Shown: positions 19,775 to 29,142, counted from the first letter of the stretch. The stretch is 64,000 bases of DNA from Vulcanimicrobiota bacterium (GCA_003135555.1 PLCF01000085.1:160164-224163); one strand, 5' to 3'. The notes: generated from the letters alone by a model not told the origin. Made by a program: numbers and translations.

Positions 19775-20203
19775 TCAAAAGGTCTTCACCTTGGTGAGCG
19801 CGCCGGAGCGGAAGATCGCCTCGACCTGCGCGATACTTTCAGGCTTGGCAAAATACGCGACGATGCTGCGCCCGGATTGCAACGCTTCGACGTAGTTCTC
19901 GACTTCGTCATCGGGGATCTCGAGGTCGCCGAGCCGGTCGCTGAGCGTCTCGTTGCGGAAATACTCGGTACCGTAGCCGCCGGCGACGCCCAGCCCGGTG
20001 GTCACCCCCGGAACGCCGGTTCCCGTTTCCATCCCGCCGGTAAGCAGGCCGGGGTTGGCGAGGCCGCGCGAAGCGGTCCCCCGGGTCGAGTCGTCGGGCC
20101 CGATGAGCTGGATCGGATCGAGCGGCAGTCCAGCTGCCTTGAGCGCCGCTTCGAGCGCCGCGGTGTCGCCGTCTTGGGAGATTCCGGTCACGACCAGACC
20201 CAC
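19775..20203 (-). CDS. Small hypothetical protein resembling general stress protein (YflT-like)
   Basis: Gly-rich centre followed by LGDLEIPDDEVENYVEALQSGRSIV; GAGAGG RBS before GTG. Confidence 0.65.
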   Translation of the reverse strand: MGLVVTGISQDGDTAALEAALKAAGLPLDPIQLIGPDDSTRGTASRGLANPGLLTGGMETGTGVPGVTTGLGVAGGYGTEYFRNETLSDRLGDLEIPDDEVENYVEALQSGRSIVAYFAKPESIAQVEAIFRSGALTKVKTF

Positions 20204-20235
20204 GCAGTACCTCTCTCGATGAACGTTTTGGAGAC

Positions 20236-20276
20236 TCGCGGACGCTTCGCCCGAGTGCGCCGCGGTTCTTGCGAGC
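20236..20276. repeat. Dispersed 41-nt intergenic element, copy 1
   Basis: 33/41 identical to 47716-47756 by manual alignment. Confidence 0.7.
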
Positions 20277-21487
20277 TACTCGCCTGCTCGGCGGACCGCG
20301 CGGGCGAGCCGCGCGATCCCCTCGGCGATCCGGTCCTCGTGCATAGCCGAGAAATTGAGCCGCATCCCGTCGCCGCGATCGCTGTGCGGATAGAACGGCC
20401 GGCCCGGTACGAACACGACCCCATCGGCGACGGCCCGCTCGAACAGCTCTTCGGTATCGATCCCCGCGCCGACGGTGGCCCACAGGAACATCCCGCCGTC
20501 GGGGACGTTCCAGCGCACGTGCGCCGGCATCTCGCGCGCCAGCGCGGCGACCATCGCGTCGCGGCGTTCGCGGTAGACCGCGCGCACGCGCAGCAGGTGC
20601 GCATCGAGCCGCGCCGTGTCTTCGACGTAGGCGTGGAAGACGTACTGCGCATAGGTGCTCGAATGGAGATCGGCGCCTTGCTTTGCGGTGACCACCCGGT
20701 CGCGCAAATCGCGGTCCGGGATCGCCATCCACGCGACGCGCAAACCTGGCGCGACCATCTTCGAGCCCGTCCCGAGATAGGTCACCCCGCCGCGCGCGGC
20801 GCCGGCGCATAGCGGCGGCGGCGGCGGCCGATCGAACCAGATCTCACCGTACGGGTCGTCTTCGAGGATCGGAACGGCGAATCGCGCGCAGACGTCGATG
20901 ATCGTGCGTCGCCGCTCTGGCGCGAGCGTTCTGCCGGTCGGGTTCTCGTAGTTCGGAACGAGGTACAGAAACTTGGGCAGCGGGTCGGCGCCGGCAAATG
21001 CCGCTGCCAACTCGTCGGGGATGATGCCGTGTTCGTCCGATGCGATCGGCAGATAGCTGGGCTCGTATGCATCGAAGGCCTGGATGGCGCCGAGATACGA
21101 CGGGTTTTCGAGCGCGACGACGTCACCGGGGTCCAGGAACACGCGCGCGAAGAGATCGAGTCCTTGCTGCGAGCCGCCGGTGATCACGATGTCGTCGGCC
21201 GTGACGTCGATGCCGTGCTGCCCGCGCAAGCGTTGCGCCACCCACGTCCGCAACTCCGAGACCCCGTCGGTCACCGAGTATTGCAGCGCCGCCGCGCCGC
21301 GAGTCCGCATGACGCGGTCTTGGGCTGCAGACACGTCCGCGACGGGGAACAGCTCGGCCGCGGGCAGCCCGCCGCCGAACGAGATGATCGCCGGATCCTG
21401 CGTGACCTTGAGCATCTCGCGGATCGCCGAGGGCCGCAGGCGTTCGACGCGGCGCGCCAGCCGCGGCGATGGAAGAACGACGTCCAT
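20276..21487 (-). CDS. PLP-dependent aminotransferase class I (LysN/2-aminoadipate transaminase-like)
   Basis: SAIREML, ISFGGGLP, GSQQGLD, NYENPTG, EDDPY, SKMVAPGLRV. Confidence 0.9.
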   Translation of the reverse strand: MDVVLPSPRLARRVERLRPSAIREMLKVTQDPAIISFGGGLPAAELFPVADVSAAQDRVMRTRGAAALQYSVTDGVSELRTWVAQRLRGQHGIDVTADDIVITGGSQQGLDLFARVFLDPGDVVALENPSYLGAIQAFDAYEPSYLPIASDEHGIIPDELAAAFAGADPLPKFLYLVPNYENPTGRTLAPERRRTIIDVCARFAVPILEDDPYGEIWFDRPPPPPLCAGAARGGVTYLGTGSKMVAPGLRVAWMAIPDRDLRDRVVTAKQGADLHSSTYAQYVFHAYVEDTARLDAHLLRVRAVYRERRDAMVAALAREMPAHVRWNVPDGGMFLWATVGAGIDTEELFERAVADGVVFVPGRPFYPHSDRGDGMRLNFSAMHEDRIAEGIARLARAVRRAGE

Positions 21488-21556
21488 GCACCGTACATTC
21501 CCATCCGGGCCACGCTCGCCCGCCCCGCGGTCAGGGGGCGGTCGGACCCGCTCGGG

Positions 21557-22414
21557 TCAGCGTATCCCGGTCATCGGCGGGCCGCCGATGGGGGCGCGAT
21601 GGACGGCCGCGTCCAGCTGCGTCGAGCGGATGAACGACAGGATCGCCGCGCCCAGGCCGGCCAGCCATACCAGCGCCGTGACGGCCCAGCCCACGACGGG
21701 CACGATCTCGGCGGCGGAGACCACCACCAGCCCGAGCATCAGCGCCACCAAGGGGGACGGCGTCAACGTCGGCATGACGAGCTCGCACAGCCGGCGCCCG
21801 ACCAGCAGCGCGATCGCGCCGGTGCCGATCCACACGCCTGCGAAGATCGCCGCGATCTCGAGGATCACCAGCGGGATCCCGACGATGCTCAAGATCAGCA
21901 TGATCGCGATCGGCACGATCGCGACCATGGCCACGGCGCCCGTGAGTGCGGACATCGCGGGATGCCGTTCGACCCGGTCGAGCGCGACGCGCATCCGCAG
22001 CGGGAAGAGCAAAAAGACCAGGACGACGACCAGGCTCGCCGCGAGCTTCACCAGCAGACGGTGATCCTGACCGGCCAGCGCGCCGATCCCGTACTCCCGG
22101 CCGACGGCCCACGGCACCATGCTGCGCACTCCGTCGTTGGTGACGCCGTTGATCGTACCGTCCACCACGCCGTTGTCGACGATCGTACAGCGGCCGAAGA
22201 CCGTGTTGCAGTCGCCGTGCACGATGCCCGCGACGGTCGCGTCGCCGAAGATGACGTTGAGGTCGCCGTCGATGACCTTGTCGGCCGGGACGTAGACGTT
22301 CTGGAAGACCTCCGTCTCGCCGCCGTCGCGACCGCGCGCATCGGCCGTACCAGGCAGCACCAATGCGGCCGCGGCGAGCAAACCCGCCAGCAGTGCGACG
22401 TAACGGAGGTTCAC
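21557..22414 (-). CDS. Membrane protein with N-terminal bactofilin-like beta-helix repeats
   Basis: Signal peptide, IDGDLNVIFGDATVAGIVHGD repeats, 4-5 TM helices; GTGA overlap with the anti-sigma gene. Confidence 0.7.
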   Translation of the reverse strand: MNLRYVALLAGLLAAAALVLPGTADARGRDGGETEVFQNVYVPADKVIDGDLNVIFGDATVAGIVHGDCNTVFGRCTIVDNGVVDGTINGVTNDGVRSMVPWAVGREYGIGALAGQDHRLLVKLAASLVVVLVFLLFPLRMRVALDRVERHPAMSALTGAVAMVAIVPIAIMLILSIVGIPLVILEIAAIFAGVWIGTGAIALLVGRRLCELVMPTLTPSPLVALMLGLVVVSAAEIVPVVGWAVTALVWLAGLGAAILSFIRSTQLDAAVHRAPIGGPPMTGIR

Positions 22415-22950
22415 GGGCGCAGGCGTTCTGCCAGGCGCGGTCGCACGACGGTGAAGCCGACGACGAGCGCAGCCGCGACCACGACGTCGAGGACGATCGC
22501 GCCGCCCAACAGCGTCCCCAGCGAGCCGAAGTCGCCCAGTACCCGGGCGCCGGCGTGCTCGACGACCCCGAAGCTGTGGGCGATCTGCGCGCTCACGTCG
22601 AGTGCGGTCTCTCCGAACGCGCGCATCGCGCTCGCAGCGAACAAAAAGCCGGCGCCGGCCAGCAGCCAAGCCGCGACCAGATACGCGATGAGATACGCAT
22701 AGACGGGCGCGGTCGAAACCTGCGGGCGCGGCAGGGTCCGAACCTCCGCCATCGTCGCAAAGGTGAAGTTCTCGGGCAGCTCGACATGGCGCGGCGAGGC
22801 GATCAGCGCGTCGACGACGCGCAGCTCTTCGAGCACGCCTTTGCAGCGGCCGCACCCGTTGAGGTGCGCGAGCAGCACGGCGCGGCGCGCGGGCAACAGC
22901 GTGTTGTCGAGGTACTGCTCGAAGAGCGCTTCAGACGAGTTGCAGCTCAC
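22411..22950 (-). CDS. Zinc-binding anti-sigma factor (zf-HC2/ZAS), membrane-anchored
   Basis: C...HLNGCGRC motif and two TM helices; directly downstream of the ECF sigma. Confidence 0.85.
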   Translation of the reverse strand: MSCNSSEALFEQYLDNTLLPARRAVLLAHLNGCGRCKGVLEELRVVDALIASPRHVELPENFTFATMAEVRTLPRPQVSTAPVYAYLIAYLVAAWLLAGAGFLFAASAMRAFGETALDVSAQIAHSFGVVEHAGARVLGDFGSLGTLLGGAIVLDVVVAAALVVGFTVVRPRLAERLRP

Positions 22951-23587
22951 CGAGACCTCCGACTACCCGGAACATCCGGGTTGCGCAGTTTCCCTCGGCC
23001 ACCGCTTCACGTTCGCGCAGCTTGTGCGCCAGTGCGAGCTTGCCGCGGTGGATCAACGTCTTCACATTGCCCAGCGACAAGCCCATCGTGGAAGATATCG
23101 TCTGGTAGTCCATGTTGTCGTAGAAGCGCAGCGCCAGCACCGTGCGCGTGCGCTCGGGGAGCTCGGCCAGCGCGGCGCGGACCTCGGCCTCGGCTTCCGC
23201 GCGCAGCACGCCGCCGGCCGGATCGGCCTCGCGCGAGATGTCGGCGAGCGCGTTCTCGAGCGTCTGGTCCTCGCCCAGCCCGGCGACCGCGGGGCGGCGC
23301 TGCGAGCGGCCCAAGAACGTGCGCACCACGTTGCGGGCGATATGGTAGACCCAGGTCGAGAACCGGCCCAGGTCGGCGTTGAAGGTCGCCAGGTGCGCGT
23401 ACGCGCGCAGGAACGTCTCTTGGGTGAGGTCGGCGACGTCGGAGGGCTGGCGCACCGAGGCGCCGATGAACGACGCGATCCCGCGCTTGTACCGCTCGAC
23501 CAGCTCGCCGAAGGCGTCGCGGTCGCCGTCGAGGACTGCCTGGACCAGGCGCTCGTCGGTGAGGTCGGGGACTGACTGCACGGTCAT
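22931..23587 (-). CDS. ECF RNA polymerase sigma factor (SigW/RpoE-like)
   Basis: AFGELVERY, DLTQETFLRA, FSTWVYHIARN, region 4 GNVKTLIHRGK. Confidence 0.92.
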   Translation of the reverse strand: MTVQSVPDLTDERLVQAVLDGDRDAFGELVERYKRGIASFIGASVRQPSDVADLTQETFLRAYAHLATFNADLGRFSTWVYHIARNVVRTFLGRSQRRPAVAGLGEDQTLENALADISREADPAGGVLRAEAEAEVRAALAELPERTRTVLALRFYDNMDYQTISSTMGLSLGNVKTLIHRGKLALAHKLREREAVAEGNCATRMFRVVGGLGELQLV

Positions 23588-23599
23588 CCTAGTGCCTAG

Positions 23600-23625
23600 T
23601 ACCGTAGCCCGGTCCGGAAGTTTCC
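23600..23625 (-). promoter_or_regulatory. Putative autoregulatory ECF promoter
   Basis: GGAAAC-N16-GGTA, 12 nt upstream of the sigma ATG; resembles SigW-type TGAAAC-N16-CGTA. Confidence 0.5.
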
Positions 23626-23689
23626 TTGTCGCGCCCGGATCGGGTGGGAGCAGACCGGGCGGGCGCCCAGCCCCGCAGCCATTTTCAGG

Positions 23690-23719
23690 GGACAATTTTG
23701 CGGACAGATTGTTGGACAA
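23690..23719. promoter_or_regulatory. Triple GGACA direct repeat (12-bp period), putative operator
   Basis: GGACA at 23690, 23702 and 23714 in an AT-richer patch upstream of the sigma gene. Confidence 0.45.
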
Positions 23720-23802
23720 ACGGAGGCCAATAATCGCAAAACGACCGGCGCAGCGGGTCCCCCGCCGACCTCCGCGGTCCCCTAAACCCGGACAAGTCGC
23801 TA

Positions 23803-26325
23803 CTAGTACCTCGTGTGCATCGTCACGACGTTGTCGAGGGTGAGTCCGGCGACGTATGGCGCTAGCGACGCCGGAATTACGGCTGCCTGGTTGGGTGCAT
23901 ACCGTGTGCCATGGCGCGCCTGCGCGAGATTGACGATGTGCGTCTGGAAGAGTCGCTCCACCGCAGCGGCTGAGGCTTCGGCGTCGACCACGAGATGGTT
24001 CCCGAACGTGCGCGTGATTCGGAAGCCTGCAGCTTCGAGCGCGGCGACGACCGTACGCTCGTCGGCGGAAATGGTCGCCGTCGGACGGAGCACGATTTGA
24101 ATCCGCGTCGTTTGGTTTTGTGGGCGCGGACCCTGATAGACCAGGTCGCGAACCTTGGGCACGACGTCCGCGGCCACGGGCGTCGACGGACCACGCACCG
24201 CGAGCGCTCGCGACGATGCGGACTCGCGCATGTGACTGCTTGGAACGCGGTTCGGGCAGAGCGCCAGCGCGATCGGCACCCCCAACGGAACGCCGATGCC
24301 CGTCGCATTGTCATACCCGGAATGAGCAGCGTACGAAGGGGAGAGGCCGTTCATTTGATTGTTTCCGCTGACCACGTCCAGAAACGCACCGTAGCCGGCC
24401 CGCTGATACGCTAGGTATGGTAGCGCTGCGGGGTTCAACGACTGCGCGTTACAATATTGATAGACCTCCGCCAGCATCGCGGCGAATGCCGGAGCACCCC
24501 ACGACGTTCCATATACGTGAAACCAGCCTTGCTGATAGATGGCGTCATATTCGGCGGGCATGGCGATGTCAGGGACATTTCTCATTTTCGTCGATGCGAC
24601 GCCGGGTAGACCGACCTGGTAGGCGGGAAGGCCGAATGAGGCCGAAACGCCTCCTCCGGTTCCGGCCGGCGATCCAACCGCAGAATCGTTCCACGCGGTG
24701 GTGCTCGTCAGTGTGAATCCCGCCGGACGGTACGTCTCGGTGCCGCCGACGCCGATCACGTTCGGGTCACTCGCCGGGTAGCTCGCGCCGACCTCAAAGA
24801 CGTCGCATTCGTTGCCAGAATCGCCCGAGGACGCGACGAACGCAATCCCGTTGCTGACGCCCTGGGCAATTACGGTGTTCATACTGTACTGGCCGACCGA
24901 GCCGGGAGATTCGCAGCCTCCGAAGGACGAGTTCACGATGGCAGCGGTATGATCGGTGATGATCTGATTGTACCCATCGACTATTGATGCGTAGCTCAGG
25001 TCGGGAATGACATAGGTAGTGACGTTCGCCCCAGGCGCCAGACCGGCGATCGTCTCGTTGTCGAGCGACGCTTCACCTTGGTCGGGGCCGATGCCGGCGC
25101 CGCCGTCAACCATCGTGGAAGCAATTCGGCGGCTCGTGTGCGGTGTCTGGAAGTACGACAGATATGCGGCAAGGTCGTTACCGTCGAAAGCCGAGTCTAT
25201 GACGATCGCGACGGTTAGGCCCGTTCCGTCGAATCCGCTCTGAACGGGAAAGTTAAACGCGTTCGCGACCGCGGTTGGCCCCCACCCATTGGTCGGACTC
25301 AGGTTCGGGCCGGCGAGCGGTGTACCGTTCCCAGGCTGCACTGTCGGGGTCGGCATCGGAGTTGGCGTGGCGTTGCTGACGGCGGTCACCGGGGCCGCAT
25401 AGATCCCGCCCGCGCTCCCGATTGCATAGACGTGCCGACTGTCCGTTGCGACGCTTACACCTCCGCCGGTCATCTGCGTCCACGTGCCCGTGTTCAAGTC
25501 GTTGTACCAAAGTGGATAGCCGTTCGGACTCGCCGGAAATCCGAGCACGAACATCCCGCCGTTGGAGGTGGGAGCCATCTCCACGCCGCCGCCGCCGAGT
25601 TGATGAAAGCCGTTGGCCGCATTGTAGTACCAGAGATCACCGGGCGTGTTCAGCACCCACAATGTTCCCGGCGTGATGGTGCCGAGGTGCGTTCCGAGGT
25701 CCCAGGATGCGGCCACGCGGATGCCGCCGCCCGGGAGTTGCGTCCATGCGCCGTTCGCGTAGTGCCAGGCTCCGCGGCCGAATGGGCCGCCGCCTTGATT
25801 CGAGATGACGTAGACCGAGCCGTCGGGTCCCACCGAGATGTCGCTGGCGCCGCCGGCGATCTGGGTCCATGAACCGGTATAGTGAAAGATCCCGCCGGCT
25901 GCCGTGACCGCCCACAGCGTGTTGTCGGGAGCCACCGCAAGGCGCGTCGCGCCGCCCGAGATGTTCGACCAAGCACCGTTCGCGTAATGCCAGATCGCTT
26001 GGTCCGGGCCGGCGCCTTGGTTCGAGAGCACCCAGATCGAGCCGTCGGGGCCGGCCGCCACGAAACTCGCCCCGCCCGGTATTTGCGTCCATCCCAGCGG
26101 CTGGATCGCAATCTGCGGCCGGATCGACGTCATGGCGGAGGGTGGCAACAGCGTCGTTCGTGCCATTGGCGGAGCGGGGATCAGCGCAGGCGAGACGGAT
26201 CTGACGGTCGGCACGTCCACTGCCGGGACCGCGCTCACGCTACCGCGCTGACCGCCACAGCCCCCAACCAACAACGCGACGGCGAGGAGCGCAAGCGCTC
26301 CGAACCGGGTCCGGACTACCCGCAC
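23803..26325 (-). CDS. Lipoprotein: tectonin-like beta-propeller + S53 sedolisin peptidase + C-terminal propeptide-like domain
   Basis: GGAGG RBS before GTG 26325; lipobox-like LVGGC; six W(T/S)xxxGG blades; EASLD, SSGDSG, GTSWGAP; Ca-site DVVSGNN/GYDNATG. Confidence 0.85.
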   Translation of the reverse strand: MRVVRTRFGALALLAVALLVGGCGGQRGSVSAVPAVDVPTVRSVSPALIPAPPMARTTLLPPSAMTSIRPQIAIQPLGWTQIPGGASFVAAGPDGSIWVLSNQGAGPDQAIWHYANGAWSNISGGATRLAVAPDNTLWAVTAAGGIFHYTGSWTQIAGGASDISVGPDGSVYVISNQGGGPFGRGAWHYANGAWTQLPGGGIRVAASWDLGTHLGTITPGTLWVLNTPGDLWYYNAANGFHQLGGGGVEMAPTSNGGMFVLGFPASPNGYPLWYNDLNTGTWTQMTGGGVSVATDSRHVYAIGSAGGIYAAPVTAVSNATPTPMPTPTVQPGNGTPLAGPNLSPTNGWGPTAVANAFNFPVQSGFDGTGLTVAIVIDSAFDGNDLAAYLSYFQTPHTSRRIASTMVDGGAGIGPDQGEASLDNETIAGLAPGANVTTYVIPDLSYASIVDGYNQIITDHTAAIVNSSFGGCESPGSVGQYSMNTVIAQGVSNGIAFVASSGDSGNECDVFEVGASYPASDPNVIGVGGTETYRPAGFTLTSTTAWNDSAVGSPAGTGGGVSASFGLPAYQVGLPGVASTKMRNVPDIAMPAEYDAIYQQGWFHVYGTSWGAPAFAAMLAEVYQYCNAQSLNPAALPYLAYQRAGYGAFLDVVSGNNQMNGLSPSYAAHSGYDNATGIGVPLGVPIALALCPNRVPSSHMRESASSRALAVRGPSTPVAADVVPKVRDLVYQGPRPQNQTTRIQIVLRPTATISADERTVVAALEAAGFRITRTFGNHLVVDAEASAAAVERLFQTHIVNLAQARHGTRYAPNQAAVIPASLAPYVAGLTLDNVVTMHTRY

Positions 26326-26553
26326 CCTTGCCTCCAAGAAAACGCCGCCGAGAAAAGGCCCGAAGAGAGCGGCTGCGGCGGGACGGTTCATTCTAGCCCA
26401 AGCGTGGTATGCCGTATAGCCCGATTGGGATCATTGCCTGCGCAACACCATCGCACGGAGTCGCCGATACGAAGTAGCGGCCCCACCGAAGGGAAACAAG
26501 ACCAACCTAAGCCCTCGGCCAGTTCGTGCGATGCTCTTGAGGCTACGGCTAGA

Positions 26554-29142
26554 TCAGCGCTGGACGACACCTACGCTGAGCCCGAAGCCGCCGCCGAGGT
26601 CCTTCCCCGAGAGATTTTGGTTGAGCGCGTTCGCGCCTACCGAGTAGTACGCGAACGTGCCGATGTACGGGCTCGCATTCGACGGTAAGGCGGTCGTTGC
26701 CGGGCTGCCGACCGCCAACGTGCGCCCGAACTGATCGGGGTAAGCGGTCGGCAGGCTTAGCGTGGCGATTCCGAAGCGCGGATCCGAAGTCGCGCCGGTT
26801 CCCGATGCGGCGACGGCGATCGCGAAGTCCGAGATAAGCGTCTGCGGATTCGTGCCGGTCGCCTGCTGCAGCGCCGCGTAGCCGGTTTGCGAGCCGAGCA
26901 TCGCGTGCAGGTACGTGTCGCCGCCGAACCGGTCATAGAGGTAGCGCTGAAACAAATACGCCTCGCCGTAACAGCCCGAGCAGGCAGGCTGCGGCGACGC
27001 CTGGCCTGCGTCGATCCCGAAAAACGCAGTGAGTGCGAAGTTCTGCGGCGCGCTCGTGAACAGGTTTGCGAAGTACAATGCATCGGCTGCGTCGTGGGCG
27101 AGCCCGAACTTTCGGTTCACCGCGAAGTCCTGCGCGAGCATCGACATACCTTCATTGATCCACGAATCTTCGCTGGGCGCATCGTTGAGGATCGCATGGT
27201 CGACGAAGTTGATGAGGTGCTGGAGCTCGTGCGCCGTCCCACGCACGAGATCTTCGTCGGTCTCATAGCTTGTCGAGCTGCTCGTGTTCCATCCGACATA
27301 GATGAGCGGCGCTTCGTTCGAATGTGGAATGGTCTGGGCAGTGTACGCTGGGCCGCCGCCGTTCGGCGTTGTCCCGATCAGGCAGTTCCACGCCGTTTGA
27401 TAAAAGTAATCGGCGACGGTGAAGTAGCCACCCACGCCGGAACCGAGGGCGCTGGTGTTGATGACGAAGGCGTTGATCTTCGAGTCGGGCGGCACGACGA
27501 ACGCGGGCACGGTGGTGCCGGTCCGCGTGCCGTTGCTGTCGCACGCAGTGTATGGACCCTGGGTGAAACCCGGCGCGGTCGCGGTGAAACCGGTGGGCCC
27601 GTAATGGGTGGTGTCGGAGGCATACGAGTTGTCGAGGTCTGCCGCTAGCTTCGCGAGCGTCGTTGAGGTGAAAGCGGGAGTGCCGACGAGGCTGTCATCG
27701 ACCCAAACGTAGCCGTTGTTTGCAATCGCCTCGAGCGTCGCACCTACATGCACGTAACTCCCCGAGGAGGATCCGATCGCAAAGACGCTCACCCAGAACT
27801 GCGTGTGCGTCCCAACAGTCGTTCCGAGTGCGCTCGTGCGCCGGACCGCGAGCGGTCTATTCGTCCCGTTTGGTGCGCGCTGCAGCCGTGAGGTAAGCGC
27901 GGCGATCTGCACCCGAGTTTCGGCCGGTCGCTCTCTGTCGTGTCGCTGCCCCGATGGCTCCGTAACGCGCACCGACAGCGGCTGTCGGCGGGTGGAAAGC
28001 ACGGTGCTGCCGAGGTTGAACGCGAGGTTGTCCGAGGTCAAACCCGAGGAACCGTCAGGGGGGAGTTCGACGGTGGAGATGCCGACCACGGTCGCGCTGC
28101 TCTGCACCGATGCCAACTTGCCGGCGAACGAACCGGTGGTGGTCGGCGCGAGGTAGCCGACGACCGGCGCTGTGGGCGTGCCGCCGCCACCGCCGCCGGT
28201 CAACGGCGCCCGATAGATGCCGCCGCCTGCCGCGATGATGTACAAGGACGACGCGCTTGCCGCGATGCCGATGGCCGTACCGGACTGCTGCGTCCACGTG
28301 CCGGTGCTCAAGTCGTTGTACCAGATCGGATAGCCCGTCGGACCAGCGGGAAATCCGAGCACGAAGATTCCGCCATTGATGGTCGGCGCCATCTCGACGC
28401 CGCCGCCGCCCGGACGGTGGAAGCCGAAGGTCGTATTCCAGTACCAGAGGTCACCCGGCGTGTTGAGCACCCACAACGATCCCGGTGTGAGGTTGCCGAG
28501 GTAGGTCCCGGCGTCCCACGAGGCGGCGACGCGGACACCGCCGCCGGGCAGCTGGGTCCAGGCACCGTTCGCGTAGCGCCAGGCGCCGCGCCCAAACGGG
28601 CCCCCGCCCTGATTCGAGATGACGTAGACCGAGCCGTCCGGACCCACTGAGATGTCGCTGGCGCCGCCGGCGATCTGGGTCCACGAACCGGTGTAATGAT
28701 AGATCCCGCCGGCTGCGTTGATCACCCATATCGAGTTGTCCGGAGCGACTGCGAGGCGCGTTCCGCCACCCGAGATGTTCGACCATGCGCCGCCGGCATA
28801 GTGCCAGATCGACTGGTCCGGTCCGGCGCCTTGATTCGAAAGCACCCAGATCGAGCCGTCGGGCGCGGCCGCGACAAAACTCGCGCCGCCGGGGATCTGC
28901 GTGAATCCCCCGAGCGAGATCGCGCTCTTGGGCATCCGAATCGACGTCATCGCCGACGGCGGCAAGATCGCGGTGCGTGCCATCGGCGGCGCCGGGATCA
29001 GCGCGGGCGAGACGGATTGGACGGTCGGCGCGTCGACCGCCGGGATTGCGCTGACGCTGCCGTGCCGGCCGCCACAGCCTTGAACAAAAAGCGTGATTGC
29101 CAGGAGCGTGAAGCCCCCCAGCCGCGTCCGGGTCAGCAGCAC
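26554..29142 (-). CDS. Lipoprotein: tectonin-like beta-propeller + zinc metallopeptidase (M30/hyicolysin-like)
   Basis: Lipobox-like VQGC; same propeller as the neighbour; GGYF, HELQH, WINEGMS, YLFQRYLYDRFG. Confidence 0.82.
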   Translation of the reverse strand: MLLTRTRLGGFTLLAITLFVQGCGGRHGSVSAIPAVDAPTVQSVSPALIPAPPMARTAILPPSAMTSIRMPKSAISLGGFTQIPGGASFVAAAPDGSIWVLSNQGAGPDQSIWHYAGGAWSNISGGGTRLAVAPDNSIWVINAAGGIYHYTGSWTQIAGGASDISVGPDGSVYVISNQGGGPFGRGAWRYANGAWTQLPGGGVRVAASWDAGTYLGNLTPGSLWVLNTPGDLWYWNTTFGFHRPGGGGVEMAPTINGGIFVLGFPAGPTGYPIWYNDLSTGTWTQQSGTAIGIAASASSLYIIAAGGGIYRAPLTGGGGGGTPTAPVVGYLAPTTTGSFAGKLASVQSSATVVGISTVELPPDGSSGLTSDNLAFNLGSTVLSTRRQPLSVRVTEPSGQRHDRERPAETRVQIAALTSRLQRAPNGTNRPLAVRRTSALGTTVGTHTQFWVSVFAIGSSSGSYVHVGATLEAIANNGYVWVDDSLVGTPAFTSTTLAKLAADLDNSYASDTTHYGPTGFTATAPGFTQGPYTACDSNGTRTGTTVPAFVVPPDSKINAFVINTSALGSGVGGYFTVADYFYQTAWNCLIGTTPNGGGPAYTAQTIPHSNEAPLIYVGWNTSSSTSYETDEDLVRGTAHELQHLINFVDHAILNDAPSEDSWINEGMSMLAQDFAVNRKFGLAHDAADALYFANLFTSAPQNFALTAFFGIDAGQASPQPACSGCYGEAYLFQRYLYDRFGGDTYLHAMLGSQTGYAALQQATGTNPQTLISDFAIAVAASGTGATSDPRFGIATLSLPTAYPDQFGRTLAVGSPATTALPSNASPYIGTFAYYSVGANALNQNLSGKDLGGGFGLSVGVVQR

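Noticed and set aside
25400-28900. Repeated DNA blocks as a CRISPR array or mobile element
   Set aside because: They are coding tectonin blades shared by two paralogs; there is no repeat-spacer structure and no cas or transposase gene.
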